From a virus (taxonomy: Duplodnaviria; Heunggongvirae; Uroviricota; Caudoviricetes): a DNA stretch of 7,405 bases. The number at the start of each line of letters is the position of its first letter. The stretch's first letter is position 1. The stretch lies in the IMG/VR virus record IMGVR_UViG_2706794665_000010; one strand, given 5' to 3'. Below, one piece after another: positions 1-6,600 of this stretch. The translations under genes and the position numbers were made by a program. The notes below the pieces were generated by a model. That model was not told where the DNA came from. It did no database searches and saw only the letters and a program-made list of their open reading frames with translations.

Positions 1-2
1 GG

Positions 3-98
3 GGAATATCTCCCCGGCAGCCTTCAGGGAAAAATATCATCAGATGGCTGCTTAAAAAAAGAACAAATGGTAGTGTCCGCTATTGCCAGTACACCTCA
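3..98. repeat. Left copy of a perfect inverted repeat (partner at 7310-7405); covers the upstream region and first ~10 codons of ORF 67-297
   Basis: Reverse complement of 7310-7405 matches 3-98 base for base by manual comparison. Bases 1-2 (gg) would pair with sequence beyond 7405, so the repeat probably runs off-window. Confidence 0.85.
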
Positions 99-297
99 TC
101 CATCACCGAAAAAAATTGGCTTTTACACCATTGGCGATAAAAGCATTTACCTGTATGACCTACGCCGCATGGATGAAATCATGGAGGCTCTTGATAATCG
201 TTCGTCGATGGATTGGTGTGTTGCTGTTCATGATATGAATGCAGGGTTTGATGAAAAGATTTTGTTCCCCTCATCAGTTGAAAGCACTGCGGGTTAA
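67..297 (+). CDS. Hypothetical small protein (76 aa)
   Basis: Open frame ending in TAA at 295-297. No clear Shine-Dalgarno upstream (A-rich). Start and first codons lie inside the inverted repeat. Not recognised. Confidence 0.4.
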   Translation: MVVSAIASTPHPSPKKIGFYTIGDKSIYLYDLRRMDEIMEALDNRSSMDWCVAVHDMNAGFDEKILFPSSVESTAG

Positions 298-307
298 GGA
301 GTAACAC

Positions 308-475
308 ATGACCACTATTACCAAAGAACGTATTGAATTGTTCATTAAAAACCCGCTTGAAAACGGGCTTACCCGTGGTGAACAAATGGAACTGGCACGG
401 ATTGCGCTGGCATCGCTGGAAGCAGAGCCGGTTGTGTTCTGGTTTGAAAAATATCAAGAAGGGGCTACGGCATGA
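308..475 (+). CDS. Hypothetical small protein (55 aa), paralogous to the next ORF
   Basis: Strong SD AAGGAG at 296-301, 6 nt before ATG 308. Stop TGA 473-475 overlaps the next ATG (ATGA). Shares the N-terminus MTTITKERI and the motif [10 protein letters not shown] with ORF 472-816 ([19 protein letters not shown]). Confidence 0.55.
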   Translation: MTTITKERIELFIKNPLENGLTRGEQMELARIALASLEAEPVVFWFEKYQEGATA

Positions 476-816
476 CGACTTTTACCAGAGAGCAGTTAAT
501 AGCTCACGCAGAGGAGACTATTGAAGCACAGAGACTGTGCATACCGGGCACAATCGACCATGACATCATCCGCACATATAAGATGGATATTGCTGTTCTG
601 GAAATCGCACTGGTATCGCTGGCAGCAGAGCCAGCCGGTAAATTGCATGAATACAAACCAGTGGGATATCAGCGTCTGGTCGATGAGTTAACCATGCTGG
701 TAAAGCAGTTAACCTGGCAACTGAGGAAAGCGAAGCCAGACTGCAAATTACCGGATAAGGCGATGAGTTATCTGGAGCGGAACGGACTGATAAGCGTGGA
801 GGATATTTTACGATGA
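472..816 (+). CDS. Hypothetical protein (114 aa), longer paralog of ORF 308-475
   Basis: ATGA start/stop overlap at both ends (472-475 and 813-816). GAAGGGG SD-like element upstream. Protein-like composition. Not recognised. Confidence 0.55.
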   Translation: MTTFTREQLIAHAEETIEAQRLCIPGTIDHDIIRTYKMDIAVLEIALVSLAAEPAGKLHEYKPVGYQRLVDELTMLVKQLTWQLRKAKPDCKLPDKAMSYLERNGLISVEDILR

Positions 817-896
817 CCTGGCCTGAAGCATTAACAACGGTAGGAATTGCGATGGCGGTGGCGCTGGTGGTGTATTCGATTTGCCGCTGGGGATAA
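813..896 (+). CDS. Small hydrophobic peptide (27 aa, [27 protein letters not shown]), predicted single transmembrane helix
   Basis: GGAGGA SD at 797-802, about 10 nt before ATG 813. ATG overlaps the stop of the upstream ORF. Too short for the supplied ORF track; translated by hand. Confidence 0.4.
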   Translation: MTWPEALTTVGIAMAVALVVYSICRWG

Positions 897-1107
897 AAAC
901 GGTTTGCGGGAAAAGGAGAGTTAAGTAGAATTGCAGCGGGTGCTTGAGGCTATCTGTCTCAGGCATGAACACCAAAAGGCAGATAGAGAAAAGCCCCAGT
1001 TAACATTACGCGTCCGGCAAGACGCTTAACATTAATCTGAGGCTCAATCTATGAACGGCAAATCTAGGTTAGCCTCTTACGTGCCGAAAGGCAAGGAGAA
1101 GCAGGCT

Positions 1108-1263
1108 ATGAAGCAGCAAAAGGCGATGTTAATCGCCCTGATCGTCATCTGTTTAACCGTCATAGTGACGGCACTGGTAACGAGGAAAGACCTCTGCGAG
1201 GTACGAATTCGAACCGGCCAGACGGAGGTCGCTGTCTTCACAGCTTACGAACCTGAGGAGTAA
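1108..1263 (+). CDS. hokD: Hok/Gef-family type I toxin (51 aa), closest to HokD/RelF as recalled
   Basis: Translation MKQQKAMLIALIVICLTVIVTALVTRKDLCEVRIRTGQTEVAVFTAYEPEE has the Hok family signature (hydrophobic N-terminal helix, conserved Cys, TGQTEVAVF). SD AAGGAGAA at 1093-1100. The in-frame ATG at 1051 would give a 70-aa form but is not preferred. Confidence 0.9.
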   Translation: MKQQKAMLIALIVICLTVIVTALVTRKDLCEVRIRTGQTEVAVFTAYEPEE

Positions 1264-1332
1264 GAGACCAGGCGGGGGAGAAATCCCTCGCCACCTCTGA
1301 TGGGTCAGGCATCCTCAATGCACCCACACTTA

Positions 1333-1364
1333 ACCCGCTTCGGCGGGTTTTTGTTTTTATTTTC
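1333..1364 (+). terminator. Rho-independent terminator downstream of hok
   Basis: ACCCGC-TTCG-GCGGGT hairpin (6-bp stem, tetraloop) followed by TTTTTGTTTTTATTTT. Confidence 0.7.
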
Positions 1365-1371
1365 AACGCGT

Positions 1372-1401
1372 TTGAAGTTTTAGATGGTGCCGGAATAGAA
1401 T
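1372..1401 (+). promoter_or_regulatory. Candidate sigma70 promoter
   Basis: TTGAAG (1372-1377), 18-nt spacer, TAGAAT (1396-1401), about 80 nt upstream of ATG 1484. Consensus match by eye only. Confidence 0.25.
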
Positions 1402-1483
1402 CAAAAATACTTAAGTAGCGCGCAGGGAGAAGAGGGATGGACCCCGAACAGGGGAGTGCTATTTATCTGGAAGGATTCTGTTG

Positions 1484-1867
1484 ATGAAAATCGAAGAATT
1501 ACGTGAAATTTTTAGTGAAGATGGCCTCTATACTGTGCGCGTTGAGAATGGCGCTATTGTCAGCCACTGCCTTCCAGACTACACAATTCTGATANNNNNN
1601 NNNNNNNNNNNNNNNNNNNNNNNNNNNNNNNNNNNNNNNNNNNNNNNNNNNNNNNNNNNNNNNNNNNNNNNNNNNNNNNNNNNNNNNNNNNNNNNNNNNN
1701 NNNNNNNNNNNNNNNNNNNNNNNNNNNNNNNNNNNNNNNNNNNNNNNNNNNNNNNNNNNNNNNNNNNNNNNNNNNNNNNNNNNNNNNNNNNNNNNNNNNN
1801 NNNNNNNNNNNNNNNNNNNNNNNNNNNNNNNNNNNNNNNNNNNNNNNNNNNNNNNNNCAGGCCGTGA
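1484..1867 (+). CDS. Hypothetical protein (about 127 aa); roughly two thirds of it is masked
   Basis: SD GGAAGGA at 1470-1476 before ATG 1484. Visible N-terminus MKIEELREIFSEDGLYTVRVENGAIVSHCLPDYTILI. The frame reaches TGA at 1865-1867 only if the N-run 1595-1857 is open and length-preserving. Confidence 0.4.
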   Translation: MKIEELREIFSEDGLYTVRVENGAIVSHCLPDYTILIXXXXXXXXXXXXXXXXXXXXXXXXXXXXXXXXXXXXXXXXXXXXXXXXXXXXXXXXXXXXXXXXXXXXXXXXXXXXXXXXXXXXXXXXRP

Positions 1868-1871
1868 ATCA

Positions 1872-2052
1872 ATGTCAGCATTCCATAACGGCAGAATACT
1901 GGTGGAGCCGGAACCAAAAAGCATGCGTAATCTGCCGTCCGGGGTCGTTCCTGCCGCTCGCCAGCCGCTGGTGGAAGACAAAACATTGCTGCCGTTTTTC
2001 AGTAACGCACGGGTGATTCGTGCTGCTGGTGGTGCTGGTGCATTGTCTGACT
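1872..2052 (+). CDS. 5' portion of an ORF (MSAFHNGRILVEPEPKSMRNLPSGVVPAARQPLVEDKTLLPFF...) running into mask 2053-2304; possibly the N-terminal part of the downstream YbcO-like protein
   Basis: ATG 5 nt after the upstream stop; protein-like frame for 60 codons. The frame differs from the coding frame after the mask, so this is either a separate gene, a frameshift, or a mask-length artefact. Confidence 0.35.
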
Positions 2053-2304
2053 NNNNNNNNNNNNNNNNNNNNNNNNNNNNNNNNNNNNNNNNNNNNNNNN
2101 NNNNNNNNNNNNNNNNNNNNNNNNNNNNNNNNNNNNNNNNNNNNNNNNNNNNNNNNNNNNNNNNNNNNNNNNNNNNNNNNNNNNNNNNNNNNNNNNNNNN
2201 NNNNNNNNNNNNNNNNNNNNNNNNNNNNNNNNNNNNNNNNNNNNNNNNNNNNNNNNNNNNNNNNNNNNNNNNNNNNNNNNNNNNNNNNNNNNNNNNNNNN
2301 NNNN

Positions 2305-2866
2305 ATCCTGGTGGGCGGTCCGCAATCAGGTGGCGGACGCGCTACCGGAAGCGGTATTACGTCGTTCGCTGGGGTTGCGTGCGGAAAAAATTCGCTCTGT
2401 GTACAGTGAAAGCGACATCATACCGGGAGAGCAGACAGCCACCAGCATACTGAAGCAGCGCACAAAAAATATTGCGTTACTGCCTCACGTCCACCAGCAA
2501 CAGAACCCACCACAGGAAAAGACGGTGGTCAGCATTGCCGTTGATCCGGAGTCACCGGCTCAGTATCTCCAGCGCCAGAAATCACAACGGGAAGAGATGC
2601 CTGTATACACGCGCTGGGTAAAAACGCAGAAATGCATGACGTGTGGCAATCAGGCAGATGATCCGCATCACATCATTGGTCATGGACTGGGAGGGATGGG
2701 AACAAAGGCTGATGATTTGTTTGTTATTCCGTTATGCCGTAAATGCCGTAACGAACTACATGCCGGAGTAAAAGATTTTGAAGAGAAACACGGCAGTCAG
2801 CTGTTGTTGCTGATTCGTTTTTTAATGCACGCGAGAAATTCGGGTGTTCTGAAGTGGAAAGCATAA
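2305..2866 (+). CDS. C-terminal portion of a nin-region protein with a YbcO-like (DUF1364-type) zinc-binding putative nuclease domain; possibly DUF968/YdfU family. 5' end masked.
   Basis: Frame is open from the first unmasked base to TAA 2864-2866. Motif CMTCG...DPHHIIGHGLGGMGTKADDLFVIPLCRKCRNELH parallels the recalled YbcO pattern H-x-I...GxGTK..DL...CxxC. Stop abuts the rusA start. Confidence 0.75.
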
Positions 2867-3247
2867 ATGACCGAGCGCATAGAATTTGTTTTACCTTACC
2901 CGCCGACGGTGAACACTTACTGGCGTCGTCGTGGCAGCACATATTTTGTATCAAAAGCCGGGGAGCGTTATCGCCGGGCAGTGGCGCTTATTGTTCGCCA
3001 GCAGCGGCTGAAATTAAGCCTGTCCGGAAGGTTGGCAATAAAAATTATTGCAGAACCACCGGATAAGCGCCGCCGTGACCTGGACAATATTCTGAAAGCG
3101 CCGCTGGATGCGCTGACGCATGCGGGGTTGCTAATGGACGATGAGCAGTTTGATGAAATCAATATCGTTCGTGCTCAGCCAGTATCTGGTGGACGTCTGG
3201 GGGTGAAGATTTATCCCATAATGCTTGAAGGGCAGGTCAAAAAATGA
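2867..3247 (+). CDS. rusA: RusA-family Holliday junction resolvase (126 aa)
   Basis: Similar in length and motifs to recalled E. coli RusA (PxxRRRDLDN, LDDxQ, GGRL). Sits in the canonical position just upstream of Q. Stop overlaps the Q start (ATGA). Confidence 0.88.
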   Translation: MTERIEFVLPYPPTVNTYWRRRGSTYFVSKAGERYRRAVALIVRQQRLKLSLSGRLAIKIIAEPPDKRRRDLDNILKAPLDALTHAGLLMDDEQFDEINIVRAQPVSGGRLGVKIYPIMLEGQVKK

Positions 3248-4098
3248 AACTGGAAGATTTACCGAAATACTACTCCCCAAAATCCCCCGGCCTGACTGAT
3301 GCATCGGCCTCAACGTCGAAAGATGCGCTGAGTATCACTGATGTGATGGCCGCGCAGGGCATGACACAGAATCGGGCTGAGATGGGGGTTTCTGCGTTCC
3401 TTGGGAAAATGGGCATTAGTATGAATGACAGAGAGCGGGCAACAGAATTGCTGACAGAATATGCACTCAGTCGGTGTGATCGCGTGGCGGCGTTAAGAAA
3501 ACTCCCGGCAGAAATAAAACCGGCAGTGATGCGTATTATGGCTTCGTATGCGTTTGAAGATTATGCCCGTAGCGCGGCGAGCAAAAAACAGTGCCCTTGT
3601 TGCTATGGGGAAAAATTTATTGAAAGCGTAGTTTTTACAAACAAGGTCCAGTATCCGGATGGTAAGCCGCCGGTATGGGCAAAGTGTACGAAAGGTGTGT
3701 ATCCGTCTTACTGGGAAGAATGGAAAAAAGTCAGGGAGGTGGTAAAAGTTGCCTGTCCGGAGTGTGGCGGAAAGGGTGAGGTTTCCACCGCCTGTAAGGA
3801 TTGCCGTGGGCGTGGTGTCGCCATTCATCGTGAAGAGTCGGTAAAACGTGGTATGCCTGTTATCAGAGACTGCCAGCGTTGTGGTGGTCGTGGCTATGAA
3901 AGACTACCATCAACGGAGGCATTTAATGCTATATGCGAGGTGACAAACCAGATAACACGCGCGTCATGGGAAAAAACAGTTAAGAAATTCTATGATGCGC
4001 TGGTGACTCGGTTTGATATTGAAGAAGCATGGGCTGAGCGGCAGTTAAAAAAGGTAACTAGGTTGATTTTTCCGGAATCTGTGGTAAATTCGTCATAA
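3244..4098 (+). CDS. Lambdoid late-gene antiterminator Q (284 aa), zinc-finger type
   Basis: N-terminus MKLEDLPKYYSPKSPGL resembles recalled QuuD-type Q proteins. Cys clusters CPCC, CPECGGKG, CKDCRGRG and CQRCGGRG. Followed by a PR'-like promoter and short terminated leader. Confidence 0.88.
   Translation: MKLEDLPKYYSPKSPGLTDASASTSKDALSITDVMAAQGMTQNRAEMGVSAFLGKMGISMNDRERATELLTEYALSRCDRVAALRKLPAEIKPAVMRIMASYAFEDYARSAASKKQCPCCYGEKFIESVVFTNKVQYPDGKPPVWAKCTKGVYPSYWEEWKKVREVVKVACPECGGKGEVSTACKDCRGRGVAIHREESVKRGMPVIRDCQRCGGRGYERLPSTEAFNAICEVTNQITRASWEKTVKKFYDALVTRFDIEEAWAERQLKKVTRLIFPESVVNSS
4063..4090 (+). promoter_or_regulatory. PR'-like late promoter (copy 1) overlapping the 3' end of Q
   Basis: TTGATT (4063-4068), 16-nt spacer, extended -10 TGgTAAATT (4082-4090). 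The TAAATT -10 with upstream TG matches lambda PR' as recalled. Predicted start near 4097-4099. Confidence 0.5.
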
Positions 4099-4101
4099 CT
4101 A

Positions 4102-4163
4102 TGGGCGTTTTATGCCTGACGTTAGAAGAGTTTCTACAACCCGCCGCCGAGCGGGTTTTTTAT
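4102..4163 (+). repeat. 62-nt block (initial transcribed region plus tR') identical to 4950-5011
   Basis: Manual alignment: identical over 62 nt, while the adjacent Q 3' sequence is clearly diverged between the two copies. Confidence 0.85.
4139..4162 (+). terminator. tR'-like rho-independent terminator (copy 1), about 60 nt downstream of the predicted PR' start
   Basis: CCCGC-cgccga-GCGGG hairpin followed by TTTTTTA. Confidence 0.6.
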
Positions 4164-4200
4164 TGCGGAATTAATTACGGACCGTTATTATTCTGCTCCC

Positions 4201-4276
4201 GGCCCTTTAGCTCAGTGGTGAGAGCGAGCGACTCATAATCGCCAGGTCGCTGGTTCAAATCCAGCAAGGGCCACCA
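4201..4276 (+). tRNA. tRNA with CAU anticodon, most like tRNA-Ile2 (ileX/ileZ type); elongator Met not excluded
   Basis: Hand-folded cloverleaf: acceptor GGCCCTT/AAGGGCC, D-stem GCTC/GAGC, anticodon loop CTCATAA, T-arm GCTGG-TTCAAAT-CCAGC, encoded CCA. C4-G69 and C5-G68 are consistent with recalled tRNA-Ile2 determinants. Confidence 0.85.
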
Positions 4277-4572
4277 TCACAAACCGCCATTAGCTTATCA
4301 GGAAGAGCAGACGACACGATNNNNNNNNNNNNNNNNNNNNNNNNNNNNNNNNNNNNNNNNNNNNNNNNNNNNNNNNNNNNNNNNNNNNNNNNNNNNNNNN
4401 NNNNNNNNNNNNNNNNNNNNNNNNNNNNNNNNNNNNNNNNNNNNNNNNNNNNNNNNNNNNNNNNNNNNNNNNNNNNNNNNNNNNNNNNNNNNNNNNNNNN
4501 NNNNNNNNNNNNNNNNNNNNNNNNNNNNNNNNNNNNNNNNNNNNNNNNNNNNNNNNNNNNNNNNNNNNNNNT

Positions 4573-4647
4573 TACGATACGTTGGTGGTTCGGTTTGACA
4601 TTGAAGAGGCATGGGCGGAGCGGCAGTTAAAGAGGGTAACGCGATAG
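4573..4647 (+). pseudogene. 3' remnant of a second, diverged Q gene (visible part YDTLVVRFDIEEAWAERQLKRVTR*)
   Basis: Aligns to the Q C-terminus (YDALVTRFDIEEAWAERQLKKVTR) with substitutions, a roughly 10-nt insertion and an earlier in-frame TAG. At most about 300 nt lies between tRNA copy 1 and this point, so a full Q cannot fit. Confidence 0.6.
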
Positions 4648-4652
4648 TGTTG

Positions 4653-4680
4653 TTGATTTTTCCCGAATCTGTGGTAAATT
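4653..4680 (+). promoter_or_regulatory. PR'-like late promoter (copy 2)
   Basis: TTGATT (4653-4658), 16-nt spacer, TGgTAAATT (4672-4680); same elements as copy 1. Followed by mask 4685-4949 where copy 1 has only about 8 nt. Confidence 0.4.
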
Positions 4681-4949
4681 TGCTNNNNNNNNNNNNNNNN
4701 NNNNNNNNNNNNNNNNNNNNNNNNNNNNNNNNNNNNNNNNNNNNNNNNNNNNNNNNNNNNNNNNNNNNNNNNNNNNNNNNNNNNNNNNNNNNNNNNNNNN
4801 NNNNNNNNNNNNNNNNNNNNNNNNNNNNNNNNNNNNNNNNNNNNNNNNNNNNNNNNNNNNNNNNNNNNNNNNNNNNNNNNNNNNNNNNNNNNNNNNNNNN
4901 NNNNNNNNNNNNNNNNNNNNNNNNNNNNNNNNNNNNNNNNNNNNNNNNN

Positions 4950-5011
4950 TGGGCGTTTTATGCCTGACGTTAGAAGAGTTTCTACAACCCGCCGCCGAGC
5001 GGGTTTTTTAT
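4950..5011 (+). repeat. Second copy of the 62-nt initial-transcribed-region/tR' block, including the terminator hairpin at 4988-5009
   Basis: Identical to 4102-4163; hairpin CCCGC/GCGGG followed by a T-run. Confidence 0.85.
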
Positions 5012-5131
5012 GACTGAAATCGCGTCAGTACAGTAAACGCGCTGGTGGCGGTGAATACCTGTCTTTCAGCTTGCTGGCTTTTTCGACAAGAGTTATTGGT
5101 GTGTCACGTTAACCGGAAAAGGGAAAAAGAC

Positions 5132-5329
5132 ATGCTAAAACAGCAGGATATGACAGAAACCGCCAGAGTGGTGTTTAATGAATTAAGCGTTACCGAACCG
5201 GCGACAGTCGGGGAGATAGCGCAGAATACTTACCTTTCACGCGAACGCTGCCAGTTAATACTGACCCAGCTGGTTATGGCGGGTCTGGCAGACTATCAGT
5301 TCGGTTGTTACAGACGCCTTCCGCAGTGA
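5132..5329 (+). CDS. Small putative winged-helix DNA-binding protein (65 aa)
   Basis: GA-rich SD-like region (AAGGGAAAAAG) before ATG 5132. The segment TVGEIAQNTYLSRERCQLILTQLVMAGLA fits an Lrp/MarR-like helix-turn-helix pattern. Followed by an intrinsic terminator. The ATG at 5045 is not preferred. Confidence 0.5.
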   Translation: MLKQQDMTETARVVFNELSVTEPATVGEIAQNTYLSRERCQLILTQLVMAGLADYQFGCYRRLPQ

Positions 5330-5343
5330 AGGCTTTTTTATTT
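5316..5343 (+). terminator. Rho-independent terminator overlapping the stop of ORF 5132-5329
   Basis: GCCTTC-cgcagt-GAAGGC hairpin followed by TTTTTTATTT. Confidence 0.6.
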
Positions 5344-5356
5344 GTGGTAAATGGGC

Positions 5357-5387
5357 GGCTGGTGGGTGTTAGGGGCACCCACCAGCC
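5357..5387. other. Perfect 12-bp inverted repeat with a 7-nt spacer (GGCTGGTGGGTG-ttagggg-CACCCACCAGCC)
   Basis: Seen directly; all 12 pairs are Watson-Crick. No T-run follows on either strand, so it is not a canonical terminator. Confidence 0.6.
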
Positions 5388-5487
5388 ATCTGCTCATGCG
5401 TTGGGTTCACAAGCAAACCTCAGGCCCACTGCTTTGCGCAAAAGCAGAATGAGCCTATCAGAGACAGGCTTAATGATCCATGCTTAA

Positions 5488-5507
5488 TACTGTAAAAATA
5501 TCCAGTT
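5488..5507. promoter_or_regulatory. LexA (SOS) box-like palindrome TACTGTAAAAATATCCAGTT
   Basis: Fits the CTG-N10-CAG core and most of the recalled consensus TACTGTATATATATACAGTA. Lies 1 nt before mask 5509-5774, upstream of the visible methyltransferase body. Confidence 0.35.
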
Positions 5508-5774
5508 GNNNNNNNNNNNNNNNNNNNNNNNNNNNNNNNNNNNNNNNNNNNNNNNNNNNNNNNNNNNNNNNNNNNNNNNNNNNNNNNNNNNNNNNNNNNN
5601 NNNNNNNNNNNNNNNNNNNNNNNNNNNNNNNNNNNNNNNNNNNNNNNNNNNNNNNNNNNNNNNNNNNNNNNNNNNNNNNNNNNNNNNNNNNNNNNNNNNN
5701 NNNNNNNNNNNNNNNNNNNNNNNNNNNNNNNNNNNNNNNNNNNNNNNNNNNNNNNNNNNNNNNNNNNNNNNNNN

Positions 5775-6560
5775 ATGATGCGTGAACGCTTCAGTGTGCT
5801 GAACCATATTATCTGGGCGAAGCCGTCCGGACGCTGGAACGGATGCAACAAGGAAAGCCTGCGGGCGTATTTCCCCGCCACAGAGCGCATTCTGTTCGCG
5901 GAACATTATCAGGGGCCGTATCGTCCGAAAGATGCCGGGTATGCGGCGAAGGGCAGTGCACTGAAACAGCATGTGATGGCCCCGCTGATTTCTTACTTTC
6001 GTGATGCGCGAGCTGCCCTGGGGATAACGGCAAAACAGATTGCAGATGCCACAGGAAAGAAAAACATGGTGTCGCACTGGTTCAGTGCCGGTCAGTGGCA
6101 GTTGCCGAATGAAAGCGATTATCTGAAATTACAGGCGCTGTTTGCCCGGGTGGCAGAAGAGAAGCATCGGCGTGGTGAACTGGAAAAGCTCCACCACCAG
6201 CTGGTGGATACGTATACCTCACTGAACCGGCAGTATGCGGAGCTGCTGAGTGAATATAAACATCTGCGGCGGTATTTTGGCGTGACGGTGCAGGTGCCGT
6301 ATACCGATGTGTGGACGCATAAACCGGTGCAGTTCTATCCCGGGAAACATCCGTGCGAAAAACCGGCAGAAATGCTGCAGCAGATAATCAGCGCTAGCAG
6401 TCGTCCGGGTGACCTGATTGCAGATTTTTTCATGGGGTTGGGTTCGACAGTGAAAGCGGCACTGGCGCTCGGGCGTCGTGCAATTGGCGTTGAGCTGGAG
6501 ACTGAACGTTTTGAGCAGACGGTTCGGGAAGTACAGGATTTAGTCAGCCAGAACGGATGA
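5775..6560 (+). CDS. DNA methyltransferase, beta-class amino-MTase (N6-adenine or N4-cytosine), C-terminal about 260 aa; 5' end masked
   Basis: HPCEKP followed by DLIADFFMGLGSTVKAALALGRRAIGVE parallels the recalled YhdJ arrangement (HPTQKP ... DPFAGSGTT...IGIE). The expected N-terminal DPPY-type motif would fall in mask 5509-5774. Stop TGA 6558-6560. Confidence 0.8.
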   Translation: MMRERFSVLNHIIWAKPSGRWNGCNKESLRAYFPATERILFAEHYQGPYRPKDAGYAAKGSALKQHVMAPLISYFRDARAALGITAKQIADATGKKNMVSHWFSAGQWQLPNESDYLKLQALFARVAEEKHRRGELEKLHHQLVDTYTSLNRQYAELLSEYKHLRRYFGVTVQVPYTDVWTHKPVQFYPGKHPCEKPAEMLQQIISASSRPGDLIADFFMGLGSTVKAALALGRRAIGVELETERFEQTVREVQDLVSQNG

Positions 6561-6600
6561 TATTGAAGAATTAATTACGCGTCGTTATTATGCGGCTCCC

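Noticed and set aside
179-457. Minus-strand 92-aa ORF
   Set aside because: Antisense to the coupled + strand ORFs 67-297 and 308-475, with no independent start signals; typical shadow ORF.
333-524. + strand 63-aa ORF in an alternate frame
   Set aside because: Overlaps ORFs 308-475 and 472-816 out of frame; Arg/Trp-rich composition typical of an off-frame read.
1051-1263. 70-aa ORF starting at ATG 1051 as the hok product or a mok-like gene
   Set aside because: It is in frame with hok, so it is only an N-terminal extension. The internal ATG 1108 has a proper SD (AAGGAGAA) and gives the canonical 51-aa Hok length. Kept as an alternative start only.
1499-2409. ORFs 1499-1981 (-), 1579-1986 (-), 1999-2325 (-) and 2020-2409 (+), composed largely of masked codons
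   Set aside because: Their length depends on translating N-runs as open frame; the visible parts are short and overlap better-supported + strand genes.
2724-3313. Minus-strand ORFs 2724-2954, 2968-3162, 3131-3313 and + strand alternate-frame ORF 2854-3066
   Set aside because: All overlap the well-supported YbcO-like, rusA or Q coding frames and lack their own start signals.
3493-3828. Minus-strand 111-aa ORF inside Q
   Set aside because: Antisense to the Q gene, whose frame is supported by conserved Cys-cluster motifs.
4298-4967. ORFs 4298-4612 (-) and 4611-4967 (+) spanning masks
   Set aside because: Almost entirely masked. The visible portion of 4611-4967 is an off-frame read of the Q-remnant/PR' region.
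5045-5131. Upstream ATG 5045 as the start of the winged-helix ORF (94-aa form)
   Set aside because: The N-terminal extension is Cys-rich and hydrophobic with no SD, whereas ATG 5132 has a GA-rich SD-like region.
5305-5487. + strand 60-aa ORF
   Set aside because: Starts inside the winged-helix ORF terminator region and runs through the terminator and the 12-bp palindrome; no SD and implausible context.
5420-6077. Minus-strand ORFs 5420-5890, 5484-6077 and 5809-6033, and all-masked + ORFs 5480-5785 and 5506-5778
   Set aside because: Antisense to the methyltransferase or made of masked codons. ATG 5480 is noted as a possible methyltransferase start but is out of frame with the visible body if the mask preserves length.
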